Source: the human T2T-CHM13v2.0 reference genome, Homo sapiens. Taken from it: a stretch of 64,000 nt of DNA. Below, in pieces: positions 11,850 through 25,635 of the stretch (its first letter is position 1; every line of letters begins with the position of its first letter). The stretch is from assembly GCF_009914755.1 (NCBI RefSeq), contig NC_060947.1. One strand, given 5' to 3'. The notes under the pieces were generated by a model that was not told where the DNA came from, ran no database searches, and saw only the letters and a list, made by a program, of their open reading frames with translations. The translations under genes were made by a program, and so were the position numbers.

Positions 11850-13413
11850 ACTGTTGTTACTTTTTATCTTTAATTTTTTTTTTTTTTACCTTGAATTGAT
11901 TTAAAACTCATAGAAAAGTTGTACGAATCGTGCAGAGAACTCCTGAAGCCTTATCTGAATTCCCGCTATTAACATTTTGCCACATTTCTCATTAGCTTTC
12001 TTCACTTGTAGCCTTTGGATGGGTCAGAGGGTGGGCAGGGCTGTTGTCAGTTCATTTTTCCAAAGGGAAACTGAGGCACAGAGAGGGACTTGCTCAAGTG
12101 CCATTGATTAGAAACTGAGCCAGATTAACTTCTCTCAGGGACACATATTGATGCATTTGGCAGGTGTTTTCTTGATCACTTTCTGTGTTGGGCGCTGGGG
12201 CACAGAAATGACTGAGAACTGACAGCAAAGTGGGAGGGACAGGTCTGAGTGGAGAAGAGACTGGAAAAGGAAAAGACAAGAGGCCCTGTGGGTATCACTC
12301 TCAATGTCGGAGGTGGAATGCAGGAAGGAATCTGCAGCTTAAGCGTGTCTCCCAGGGAATTTGACTGCCGAAGGGTCCCAGAGGCCACTTTCAGAAACAC
12401 GGTCTAGGCTTTTCCTGTTGGGAGTGTGCTCATTTCTCACCTCAAAAGGGAGCTAGGAACTGGGAGGGTGCCTGCCTGGAGCAGGGAGGTGGGTCCAGGC
12501 CAGCCAAGAGAGCAATTCCTCACCCACTCATTAACGCCCGCTGAGCCATCCCTCTTCCCGCAGAGCTGCCCTTGGGGCTGCTGCTGCTGAGATGGCGGCA
12601 GAGCTCTGAAGCCACGCCCTGGGTCAGAGAGGAGACATAGCCTCTGGGGCCAGTGGGCAAGCCCTAGGCTGCTGGTGGTTGCTGGCGGTGGTCCCTGGCC
12701 TTGGCCCCATCTGTAGGCCCAGCTCGGGCACCCAGTCCGGGCCCCTTGGTCTAGTCCCTGTGATCTTTGGCTCAGCACGCCACTTTGTGATGACTAGGTC
12801 AGTTTCCCAGAGAGCTTGATGTGGCGAAGAGTTGCTATGGAGAGAGCAAGCACAAGGATTTTAATCACAAGAACCGGCATCCCTGGTGAAAATGCTTACA
12901 TCAGGCAGTGCCTGCTTTAAACTGAAATAAAAATAAAAATAAAAATAAAACCCAAAACCCCAAACCAGGACTTGCTTCACCACTTGTGCCAGCGATCCCT
13001 TACTCATGCTTTCATTCCTTTGGGCCTGAGCCTGGGCACCTCCTTGGGAAATGCAGTGCTCTGGCAACATTCCGCTAGGCCGATCCCCCCAGCACCCAGC
13101 CTGGCGGTTAGGGCTCTGAAAATGCTTGTTGCATACATGGCACTGTGATCCTGGGCAAGTGCTTTCTTCTCTCTGGACTTCCTTATTCTTATCCAAAAAT
13201 AGGGGCAGTGTTAGAGGTAAGGGTGGGGTTGAGGGGACTCTGGGTCTAGAGTGGGCAGAAAGATGAGAAAGAGGGTTGTGGGAGGGGAGAAGGAGGATAG
13301 GGAGTCAGAGCTTTGGGGGAAGTGGGGAGGCAGCGGGCTCTTTCTGTTCCTTTTGCTCCTAACTAGTGATCACCTGCATCTAGGACAGAAGGAATTAGCT
13401 TTGGCTGATGTTA

Positions 13414-13944
<531 letters not shown>

Positions 13945-16251
13945 TCACTGGCTGCCTTGTCTGCAAATGGGACTAGCATCTCTGCATGACTGGGATTGGC
14001 TGAAGACCACATTGGTTCTCTGGCTGCAGAGACAACTGCAGGATGAGGGGTACAGAAGCAGCCAGGGCCCTACAAGAGGGTCCCTGCCCAGCCCTCTGTT
14101 CTCCACAGAGACATCTCCAAGGGCCCTTGAAGCCAAGCCAGCCCTGAAATGGCCCAGTTCCCTGAACGGTCGCTTGTATCTGGCTCTCTGAGAACGAGAA
14201 AATGGGCGCATGAAAGCCAGGAGGAATCCCGAGGCCCCAAGGAGCGGTGGGTGGCCCAGCTGCCTTCTCCCCTCCTCCTCACCCCCAGCGCCCCACCACC
14301 TTGGGAAGGAGCTGGCCTGCCTTAAAAGTCTGCCTCCCAGGGCCCCTCCAGTGCAGACGCCGAGAAGTCTAGATGCTGGGGTGTTAGGGGTGGGATGGGG
14401 AGAGGTGAAATTCCAGACTTTCATGCAGAAGTCATTTACCTGTAAAGCACATTTACAAATACCACCCCCGCCATGCGTTCTTTTTCCATATTATATTTTC
14501 CCCTCTGCAACTCAAGTCTTTTTCAGCTCTTTTTTTTTCCACTTGCTGAGCCTTTTTCCTGCCACCCTGTTGGCCTCCAGGCGAGAGCCCCTGGGACTGG
14601 AGCATCCCAGGCAGGTCGTGCACTCTGGCTCTGGCAAGAGGGGCCCAGCCTAGGCCTCCTGGGAGCTGCACGCTGAGCAGCAGACTAGGAGGCTCAGACG
14701 GGATCCAGCTGCTCAGCCCTGCCCACGGTCCCTAAATCACCGTTGAAGTGCCCCATCCCCCTGGATCTCAGCAACTCCTGGAACAGCAGCTACAGCCGCT
14801 GCAGCGGTGCCTGTGGCGGTGCCTGCTCCATCCCCTTCCCAGAGGAAAGCAACCTGTCTGCTGACTGTTGCCTTGCCAGCTGCTGAGACTCCAGTGCAGG
14901 AGACTGGGAATCAGAATGTCCTGATTCACCAGACCTGGCCACAGGAGGCTGCTTCATCAAATGGAACGTTTCATCATTCCAACCCTTTTGGTCCAGAAAA
15001 TCAGCACCCGCACCGGCTTAAATCAGCCTGGGTCCAAACTGAGTCAGCCAAGTGCGTGCCTTGAGAAAGGACGGGGTGAGGGCATCTGAGTGGGGGTGGA
15101 GGTGGTGCTTCCTGACTTTATAATTCCTCAGGCTTGTCCTTGCACTTCCCATGGCAGCCTCCAGGGGGAGTCTGTGCCACAGCCAAGGCTCTCCCCACTG
15201 CGCTAGGCTTTTGACCTTAGCCCCCTCCCCGGGAAGTATCATTGCTTGGGGTCCTGTGGCTTTGGTGATGACCGGAGGGGCTGCACTGAAGCCTACACCT
15301 TCCTCACACGACCAGGTGCAGGGGCCAGGGAGCATTTTGAGAATGGGGCTTCCTTAAGCCCATTCCCCCTCCCATGGGCACAGAGCATTCTCTTTTACCT
15401 CAAAGTTTAGAAGTGAAGGTCAGGGAGGGTGAGTGACGCGTCCAGTGACTAAAACCCAGGTCCTTGGACTCCTCGTCAGTACTCCTTCCTTTGCTCCAGA
15501 GTTGGAAGAGCCAGCATGGATGTGTGGCTTTGTGGCCTTGACCAAGCCCTCCACATCTCTGACGGCACCGCTGTGCCCGTCTCATGACATGACAGATGAT
15601 AAGGCATGGCTGGCTCTGCGCCGGGGCCTCCTGAACATGTCACGCCCCTACTACCCTCTCAGCATCTGTTTCTGCTGCCCCATCTGGCTCAGGGCTGCAG
15701 TCTGGCCGCAGAGAGGGAAGCTCTCTAAGGAAGGAGAATGGGCTGGGAGAAGCCACCTGCTGCCCCTTGTTTAGCAGGCTGCATTCCCCAGCAAGCCAGC
15801 TCTGACTATCTCAGTGTCGCCCTTCTCCTGGTCACCCAGACCGCCCTGTTCCTGGGGCAGCTCATGACACTGCGAGGGGTTTGTGAAGGGTCTTTCGTGG
15901 GAGGGCCCTTACTCAGAGCTCACAGGCATTTGCTTGAAAGACAGCAAAAGAGGACCTAAGACATGGGGACTTTTCTTTGAGTCTTTTTCCTGACACTAGG
16001 TCCAGTGGAGGCTCTTTGCCCAAATGGAACATTTACAGTGAGAAATGGACAGGAGCCTCGACACCCCCACCCTATGCAGAATTTGACCTCCACCCCTATT
16101 TTACCAAGGCAAGCCCTCCAGCAAATGAAGCTGTCAGACAGGCTTGGGGGGGGGGCGGGGTCACAGCCTGGGAGGGAACTGCCTCCCTCTCACCCCTTGG
16201 TGCTGGTGCTGGTGGTCCCCAGGTTGAGTTGGACCAGAATGGAGGGGTGGA

Positions 16252-16334
16252 GGGACTCCCCTCCAGGGGACTCCCCTCCCCTCCAGGGACTCCCCTCCAG
16301 AGTCCCTCCCCTCCAGGGACTCCCCTCCAGGGGA
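16252..16334. repeat. Short tandem array built from GGGACTCCCCTCCA-like units
   Basis: GGGACTCCCC at 16252, 16267, 16286 and 16316. Confidence 0.9.
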
Positions 16335-18280
16335 GCTACCTGGGCTGGCTGGGCTCTGGGGCTTGGGCAGCCTGGAGCCTTGGGTTTGTAAAGCCCAACT
16401 CTGGCTCTTGTAGGAGGACTGGGGGGAAAGGTGTAGCAGCTGGGGTCACCCTTGCACATGTGTTTTTCCATGGTTTGGTCATTGCCACCCTTATCGAGTG
16501 GTAGGGAACCCAGACACCATGAGGGGAGAAAGGATTTGCCCAGGGCAGCAAAGCTGGGATGAGTCTCCTTCCCAGAGACCAGCCATCTTCTCTGAGGGTT
16601 CCAGCAGGCATGAGCCCCAGCAGGTATCTAAGCTGAGGGATCAGCACTGCCTGGGTCCGCCCATCTCTAGGAGCAAGTTCTTGGGAGACAAGGGAGTTAT
16701 CCCTTCACCACTTACCTCATGACCAGATGGGAGTACTTATGTTTCTGCTGGAGTGATGGGGGCAGGCCTATGTGCTGGTCCCCAGCTATATTCTGGGCCT
16801 CTGCCTCCATTAAAGCTCCTTGTCCCAGAGCCACGTGAAAGTGCTTGCAGACAGAGCTTTCCTGAAACACAGCCAGAGGTTTCCTAAAACATAGCAATCA
16901 GCCTCTGCAGTGGGCAGCCCAAGTCTTGATGGCTTCATCCACTTGTACTTGACAGATCCATATTTGGTCCCTGTACTTGACTGCAGGGGCAGCACTCTGG
17001 GCTGTGTCCCCCTTCTTGCCCTGTCCAGCTGTTTCTTTATGCTGACTCCTGACCCACCCCAAAGGGGTCCACACAGATCTGAGCTGTGAGTGATCCCTGT
17101 GAGCCTAGCTGAGGTTGGCACACGTGGGGTGGCAGAGCTGGGTGTCTGCTCAGCTCCTGGATGCAAAGCATCCCAATTCACCTTTGGGAAAGAAGCCCTT
17201 CTGCTTGCACCTCTGCCTGTGGCACACCCGCTCCTGCTTGTGCATGGCGCCCAGTGCCCAGCACACATGCACTGAGACAAGCCCTGACACCTGTGCCCTC
17301 TGGCTGCATCTCATCCATGAGCAGCGATATTCAGTGCTCCGGGAAGGCAAGGCTGAAGGCGTTTTGCTCCCTTGCCCTCCCAGTTTGCTTAGGAGGCCCT
17401 GCCTGGCGTCCTACTTCCCTTCTGCACAGTTTGGGAGCCATCCTAATCCCCTGCGAGCCAGCTTCTCTGGGAGGTGCCGCCCTCGGGGAGTCAGGCAGCG
17501 GGGAAGTTCTACAAAACTTTCTCTGAGTTAGTCCTCTCATCTTGGAGGCTGAGCACGTCCTGTGGTGTGAGAGGGAGTCTTTTCTCCTGCCGCTCCCGTC
17601 TGTGTCCATCTCCTCACGCTCCAGCACCTGCGTCATTGCCTGCTGCCGCCCCCGCTCCTCCAGCGCACGGGAATCTGCATGCATCAGCCCCCTGCGTCAG
17701 CTCCCCTCTCACTCCACTCGCTGATGACACCAGGCTTGCTGTGGTCGGGATAACAGGCTCTGTTCAGCCACCTCATTGGCTCCTCGCTCCTATCTATCCA
17801 ATCAGGGCCAGGGGCCCCTTCCTTCGAGGTTGCTGGGCAACCTTCAGAGGCCACAGAGGCAGGGAGAAAGGTAGAGCAGGAACATGCCCATGGGCATTTG
17901 GAGGCCATCTGAATTCAGGGAAGGCCTGTCCTCATCTCCCCTGCCCAGCCCTGCCAGGGACACTTCCTCAGATTGCCATCTCTCAGCCCACTTGGCCAGA
18001 GACAGGAAGAGGGAGAAAGAAGGGGATGAAGGGCGGGCCGGGGCATCTGCCTGGTGTCTGAGGTGGCCTGGCCTGTGCAAGAGGAGTTGGACTTGGCCCT
18101 GAACTGCCCTGGGACAGGCTGGTGTTGCCTGAGTACGGGGCTTTGCTCAGAGTCAGCACAGAGAGGGGTACTGTGGAGTGTGGCCACATCTTGTGGGGCT
18201 TCGGGGGTGCACCACGAGGGACAGTTCATGCAGAGGGTGTCAGAAAAGCCAACCATTCCTTTGGTGGCCCAGGCCAGGTC

Positions 18281-19930
18281 CTAAGCAGGATGATATGGAG
18301 ATTTCCAAAAAACCAGAAGTCTTCTCCAAATCAAGGTAGAAATGAGGGCCATGGTACTGAAAAGGCCTAGAGTGGCTGTCCTGACCAGAAATGTGCCCAC
18401 ACAGGCCATCAAGACACCCGTGTCATGGCATGAGAGATCCAGAGAGGCACATGTTCTAGCTTGGTGTATCCTGTCAGGAAGAGACCCAGTGAGCAGGCCC
18501 ACAGATGCCACCTTACAGATGAGGAGACCTAGACTCGGAGAGTGGGATGTCACAGCCATGTGAGGCCACTTAGGGAAGAGGAGCAGAGATGTAAGCACAG
18601 GCCACAGCCCATGGGGACAGTGTTTGCTTTTGGGTTGTGTGGCCTCTCTGGGTGTCAGGGCTAATGGACTTTGAAAGAAGCCTGAGTTCGCAGAGGAAGA
18701 GGAAGACTGGAAGACTTGGGCAGGTAGCAAGCCCCTGGCACCACTTTCAAAGGTGGCTAAGGAAGGAACATTTGCTCTCCATCTTCTTGGCAGGGTAAAT
18801 GGGAAGGTGCAGGGAACCCCAGTTACAGCAGTTTCTTTTTCTTCAGGAACTTTTTCTGAGTCTTTCTCAGGCACAAGCCCAGAGGCATGAGAGAGCTTGA
18901 CATACTGGACTCAGATGGAGAGTGAGAGTGTAGGGCTGCGGGAGTGGGTGGCCTGCTCCGTGGGGTCCTGGAGTCACATGTGGCAGGCCTCTGTGGCTGC
19001 ATCAGGCCGAGCAGCACAGGCAGGCACGGTGCAGCTGGGTGAGTCTGAAGTGTCTCCTCCCTCCAGCGGGTGAGCATTGCTGCTGGGGCCCAGCGGTTTG
19101 GAGGAAGCCATAGAGGCGACTGGCAGTGGGTGTGCCCCAGGAGCACTCGAGGCCGTCGTGCATGGGCTTACCTGGGCCACTGCGTGGCTGGGACTCAGAG
19201 CCCTGGGAGTGTGGCCAGGGCCAGACACGGGCCCACTCCTGGCTGACTCTGCTGAAGGGGAAGCAGGAGCATTGGCACAGCTCTTGTGCGTGGGCTGCAC
19301 ACGGTACTGCTGGCCTTCTGAGACCTGATCCCAGGAGTGTGCATGCAGGGTGCCCGCCTGACACAGGGGTGGTGCTCCAGCAAGGGAAGCCAGTGTTGTT
19401 ATTGCTTCCCAGAGGACGGCATGGTTCTCATCGCAGAGCGGAGCCCAGGCCACTGTCCCAGTGGTTGGGTCTTCTGGCCGCTTTGCTGGGACCTGGGTGC
19501 AGCCCTGGGGAGGGCTGGAGTCCTGCACACAGGCTCTGGAGGCTTCACTGGCTTCCCAAATGGGGTTCACATCCGCTAATGACTGCCCCGGAGAGCGGAG
19601 AGCTGAGGGTGGCCCTGGGGCAGCAGCCATGGTGGCCAGAGGGTTTATCTGCCAGGCCTCTGTGGTGGGTGCTCTCTCCCTGGGTAGACTGGGCCTTTCC
19701 CCCCACCCCCTGCTGCCACCCATATGAAAGCAGACATAGGCATCGCATGTCCACACCTGAGCCATAACCGGTCCCTGTACCAGGCTCTTCAGATATTCTG
19801 GACGTGAGCCTCGTGAGCAGGGAGTTGTCCTTGCCCCCTGGAGTACTTTGCTTTCTGTGGAGGTCCCTCTGGCTGACTTGCCATGGGCTGGGGAGCCAGG
19901 GCGGGATTGCGTGGGGTGGGAGAGGAGCCA
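18281..19930 (-). pseudogene. Candidate disabled antisense coding region nested in ZNF185 intron 1 (no recognised homolog)
   Basis: ORFs 18974..19765 and 18281..18874 share one frame. The frame is open from 19930 with only two internal TGA codons (18974-76 and 18911-13). ATG at 19765 has a good context (GTT-ATG-G). Confidence 0.35.
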
Positions 19931-20256
19931 TCAGTGGGCCTCATGTGCCCTCCTGTCCCGTCATCTCTTCCCTGGGCCCCGTACATGTGTGAACGGAGAA
20001 GCCGGCCTCCTGCTTCCAGGGGTGCCACCGCCACTGCCACTGCCGCTGCAGCAACCTCTGTCTGGCATCCGGCCCGAAACACCCCTGCCTGCTCTCCGCT
20101 TCCTTCTCCACCCCAGCTTGTGGGAAAAGACGAAGGAGGCCCCGGGAAGAGGCCCAGGCTGCAGCACTGCGTGGCCCAAAGCAGTGCACAGCACAGCTGG
20201 GCCCCAGAGGCTGAGGGCCTGCCCTTGCTGCTGTGGGGATTTCCTCCTCGGAGTGA

Positions 20257-21210
<954 letters not shown>

Positions 21211-22033
21211 GTCGAGATTCCTGGTTTCCCTTCCCACAAGAGCCACCAGGAAGCCACCTCTGGAGGGGTCCACATTCCATCCTTCAAGGCTGCTTACATC
21301 CGTAGCAAGGGTCTTCCTGGCTGTCACTGAGTGGAGGGCCACTCTGCCCTGCTCTCTGTGAAGGGCTGGACAAGGGGAGGGGACGGTGGATCTGGGAGGA
21401 GACCTGGGTCCGAGCAGGGGTAGGTGGCTTCAGGCAATCACTCCCTGGTGGGGTGTGCTGGGCTGTCACAGGGTGCCTGGGCTTGGTCCTTGCTGAGGTT
21501 GGGGGAGGAGCAGGGCTTGCCTGGGAAGACTTGGATCTGCAGGTCTGTGCCTGGCTGTGGGAGTTAGGGGAGGGGAGCACCCAGTAGGAGCAGGGCTGGC
21601 CTCGACGTGCCGGGCCCTGAGGGAGAAGCAGGGCTTAGCTCGGCGGAAGTTGGAAGGGCATTTCAGGTGGGCGGACCAGCATAAGCTAAGGCACAGGCAT
21701 TCACTTGGCAGGGCTACCTTCCAGGGACTCCAAGGCACATGGTCTGCTTGGAGCACAGTGTCGGCATTGGGGGGAAAGAGGCTGGCTCAGGGGACTGGTG
21801 ATTTTGCTCCCAGTCTTAGAAACAGTGTGGAACCATCAGGTGCTGACTGAGAATTGAAGGCTGATGTGGGCCAAGTGGGATTAGAGACCAATGAGTGTTG
21901 CCTGGAGGAGGTGCAGATAAAGGCAGCAGGCCAGGGACCAGGGAGGAGGTCTCAAGGGATCGTGGCCTAGACCAGGGCAAATTGGAGGGAGAAGTCAGCT
22001 CTGTAGATGGGATGTAGATTCCAACCTCATTTG

Positions 22034-22469
22034 CCCACCCCACCCACCCCACCCCGCCCCATCCCATCCCATCCCATCCCATCCCATCCCATCCCATCCC
22101 ATCCCTCCCATCCCACCCCACTACATCTCATCCCATCCCATCCATCCCATCCCATCCCATCCCATCCCATCACATCCATCCCATCCCATCCCATCCCATC
22201 CATCTCATCCCATCCCATCCCATCCCATCCATCCCATCCCATTCCATCCATCCATCCCATCCCATCCATCCCATCCCATCCCATTCCATCCATCCATCCC
22301 ATCCATCCCATCCCATCCCATTCATCCCATCCCATCCCATCCATCCCATCTGATCCGTCCATCCCATCCCATCCATCCCATCCCATCCATCCCATCTATC
22401 CCATCTGATCCGTCTATCCCATCCCATCCATCCCATCCATCCCACCCATCCCATCCCACCCCATCCCAC
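22034..22469. repeat. (CCCAT/CCAT)n degenerate simple repeat, ~435 bp
   Basis: Read directly. It explains the W/D/G/M and H/P/I/S ORFs in the track. Confidence 0.97.
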
Positions 22470-24229
22470 TGCCTGACACTCATCACTTTAAAGGCTCCTT
22501 GTCCCAAAGAACTGCCTTACACTTCATCGTGTGGAAAGACTCTACTTTGGCAGAGATTTTTCTGACTCTTTCATATTTATTGTCTCATCAAAAAAGAAAT
22601 TTCACTTGTGAGACTCAGCCAGGCGTGAGGGAAAGGAGCCCATGCAGAAGCACCAGCCCTGGTCTTTGTCTGGCAATAAACCCGGAGTCTTCTGACTGGA
22701 GTCTCAGCTATAAAGACGGGACTGAAGGCAGCATGGTGCCCTCTGCAGGGGACGGATGGTGTTCCCACCCAGCCCTGCCCTCCTTTGCCATGGGTCCCTC
22801 TGCCTCTGTCATTCTGCATGTGCAAAAGTGTCTGTCTTGACTTTGGAAGTGGCTTATTTGGTCCTGATTTGGCAGGAAACTTCTAGGCAATGTGGCCATC
22901 AGGTTTGACAAGGGATAACTGATGAGTCCTTGTGCCTGGTACTGGGCCTGGGATGGAGTCCACCCCCGAAACTGTGGATGACCGTCACCTGCTTGCCACG
23001 CTCATATGTGGAAGCTGGTGGCTACAGTCCCTGAGGCCTTAGAAAGGAGTACGTCTTTGAGGTGCCCAGCGCAAAATAAGTCATACTAGCTAGTACAGCC
23101 TAGCAAGGTTAGAAGGAACCTAAAGACGAAAGACTAGGAGGTCCTCCTGCAGGTGAAAAGCTGAGGCCCAGATGAAGTGAGGAACTGTCCCAAGGTCTGT
23201 AGTCAGTCAGTGGCACCCAGAGACTCTGCACATGTGCCCTGCCCATGGGGCCACTCCACAGGTTGCTGGGATGGGGACAGTTAGGCCTGTATGGCCCTAG
23301 GAACACCTGTGGAGTGAGCTCCACTCAACAGAACTCTAACGTGGCAGCTTTGGTGCAGGGCTGGGCACGCGGGGCTCCCATTTGCAGTGATGAGGTGCCA
23401 TTCCTGGCACACAGCAGGCTCGGGCTGTCTGGGCTGCTCGTTCAGTGCAGTTTATGGAAGAGCCAGCTCTTGCTGATGTGGCAAATTTGGTTTGCTCTTG
23501 TCCCCCTGCCCTGCCCATTTGAGTGTGCCCCTGACCTCCACAGAAACACATCCAGGCCCTGCCAGCTGGCAGCAGTGCTGAGCTGGTCAGACCCTAGCCC
23601 TGGAGGGGCCCAGGGGATGAAAGACCCTGGAGAGAAAGGCTCTTCTGCTTTGTGACTATGCCAGCACAACCAGGGCCCTGCTTCCTGTCATGCCCACAAG
23701 CCTGAGCCCCCAGCCCCTATTTTGAGGCCCAAGGGTTCGGCTGTGGCCACTCAGGGCTCCCTGCAGCTCTGGGTCGCTCCCAGCCTGGAGAGCCAGCTTC
23801 ATCACCCTGGGCCCTTCTCCGGAGCAAATGGCCCTCGAGACCACCACAGCTCACCCCTCATGGGCACGAGAGGGCAGCACTGGGCTCAAGGGCAGAGAGG
23901 CTGAAGGCAGTGTGGCACCGTCTGGGCAGCATGAGCAGCACCGGGCTCAGGGGTAGAGCAGGGCGAGAAGACACAGAGGAAGAGGAAGCAGAGCTCAAGG
24001 CAGCTGTGGGCCAGGGCGTAAGGAAGCCTAACTTACCACATTGCCACACTCGCCTGTTCCCTGAGGGCCACTAGGATTTGGCAGTGGGGCCCTGGGCTTT
24101 CCCCACTGAAGGTGGAGCCAACCCCCGAAGGAAACAGGGCTGCACACCCCAGACCATTCTTGGCGCTGTTTGAGGACCACCGCGCCTCTCCTAGCAGATG
24201 ACTTGAGAGCTACTGCTGCTTGGCTCCTT

Positions 24230-24400
24230 TTCAGGTGGTGCCGGGTACTTATAGGAGCATCGGCGCATTCCATCCTCACAGCAGTCCTGAAAGGTAGAAT
24301 TTTTTTTTTAACTATCATTTTACAAATGATGAAACTGAGGCAGCTCGGAGAGGTTAGCTGACCTGCCCAAGGTCTGTCAGAAAACTCCTAAGGGGTGAGA
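24230..24400 (-). mobile_element. MIR fragment
   Basis: catcctcacagcagtcctgaaaggtag...cattttacaaatgatgaaactgaggcagctcggagaggttagctgacctgcccaaggtc. Confidence 0.75.
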
Positions 24401-24897
24401 AGCAAGGTCCAACCCCAAAGCAGCTGGTCCCCCAGCCCGTCCCTCTCCACAGGCCATCTGCCTGCCCTGAAGCTGTTCGGCTTTGGATGCACTCTCTCCC
24501 ACCCTCTGAGTCCACCAGTGCCAGCTGTCTTCCCCACACCCCCCAGCCTGAGCCAGGCTGTTAGCACTCTGTAGGAGGGCTCATGTTCTCCCGTTATCAG
24601 TGATCGCTTTGAACAGACAGTCCCTGGCAGTCCCTGAGCTCCACATTCTCTAGGTGAGCAGCCCTGGGCAGGCAGGTGGGTGTGCCGCTGGGCAGCAGCA
24701 GGTACAGTGAGTGCTGGCCCCCTGGCTTCTGCCCATACTTAGCACTCCACCAACGCTTGCCACCCCCGATGTGCAGAGGGCAGTCTGGATGATCTTGGTG
24801 TACCAGGACCCATATGGTCACCTGCAAGACACTACAAATGCATGAAGTGACAGCATTTGCTTACCTTTATCCCCAGAAGCCCTGCTGAATCAAGTGA

Positions 24898-25266
<369 letters not shown>

Positions 25267-25569
25267 TAAGGCAAGGAGGCGGGGAGGGACCGCAGCAACG
25301 TGGGGGCGCGCAATCCGTGGGGGACCGACCATACCTGGGGATGCGAAGGGGCTTCCACCATTCAGAGCTCCGCCAGGCCATGTGGAGGGCAGAGCGTGGG
25401 AAAGGCTATCCAGCAATGTCACAGGGTGGGAGAGCCCCTGGGTGCCTGGGAAGGAGAATGTGTGGCAGAAATGGCAGGACTTGCTGGGCAGCCTCTAGGA
25501 TGGAGGCCACAGGATGGCAGGTGACAGGGAGTCTCGGAGCCAATCCTTCAGGATGCCTCTTTCCCCCAG

Positions 25570-25635
25570 AGAGCTGCCCTCAGGCCGGAGTCGCGCCACA
25601 TCCTTTTCATCAGCTGGGGAGGTTCCGAAGCCTAG
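25570..25635 (+). CDS. ZNF185: ZNF185 coding exon 3 (IELPSGRSRATSFSSAGEVPKP)
   Basis: Acceptor tctttcccccag; donor AG|gtaaga; 66 nt, phase 2-2. Confidence 0.93.
   Translation, partial: RAALRPESRHILFISWGGSEA

Noticed and set aside
16252-16334. Repeat array considered as CRISPR-like
   Set aside because: Units are short and abutting, with no unique 25-45 nt spacers and no cas genes; the DNA is primate.
22007-22507. W/D/G/M-rich and H/P/I/S-rich ORFs
   Set aside because: Translations of the (CCCAT)n repeat.
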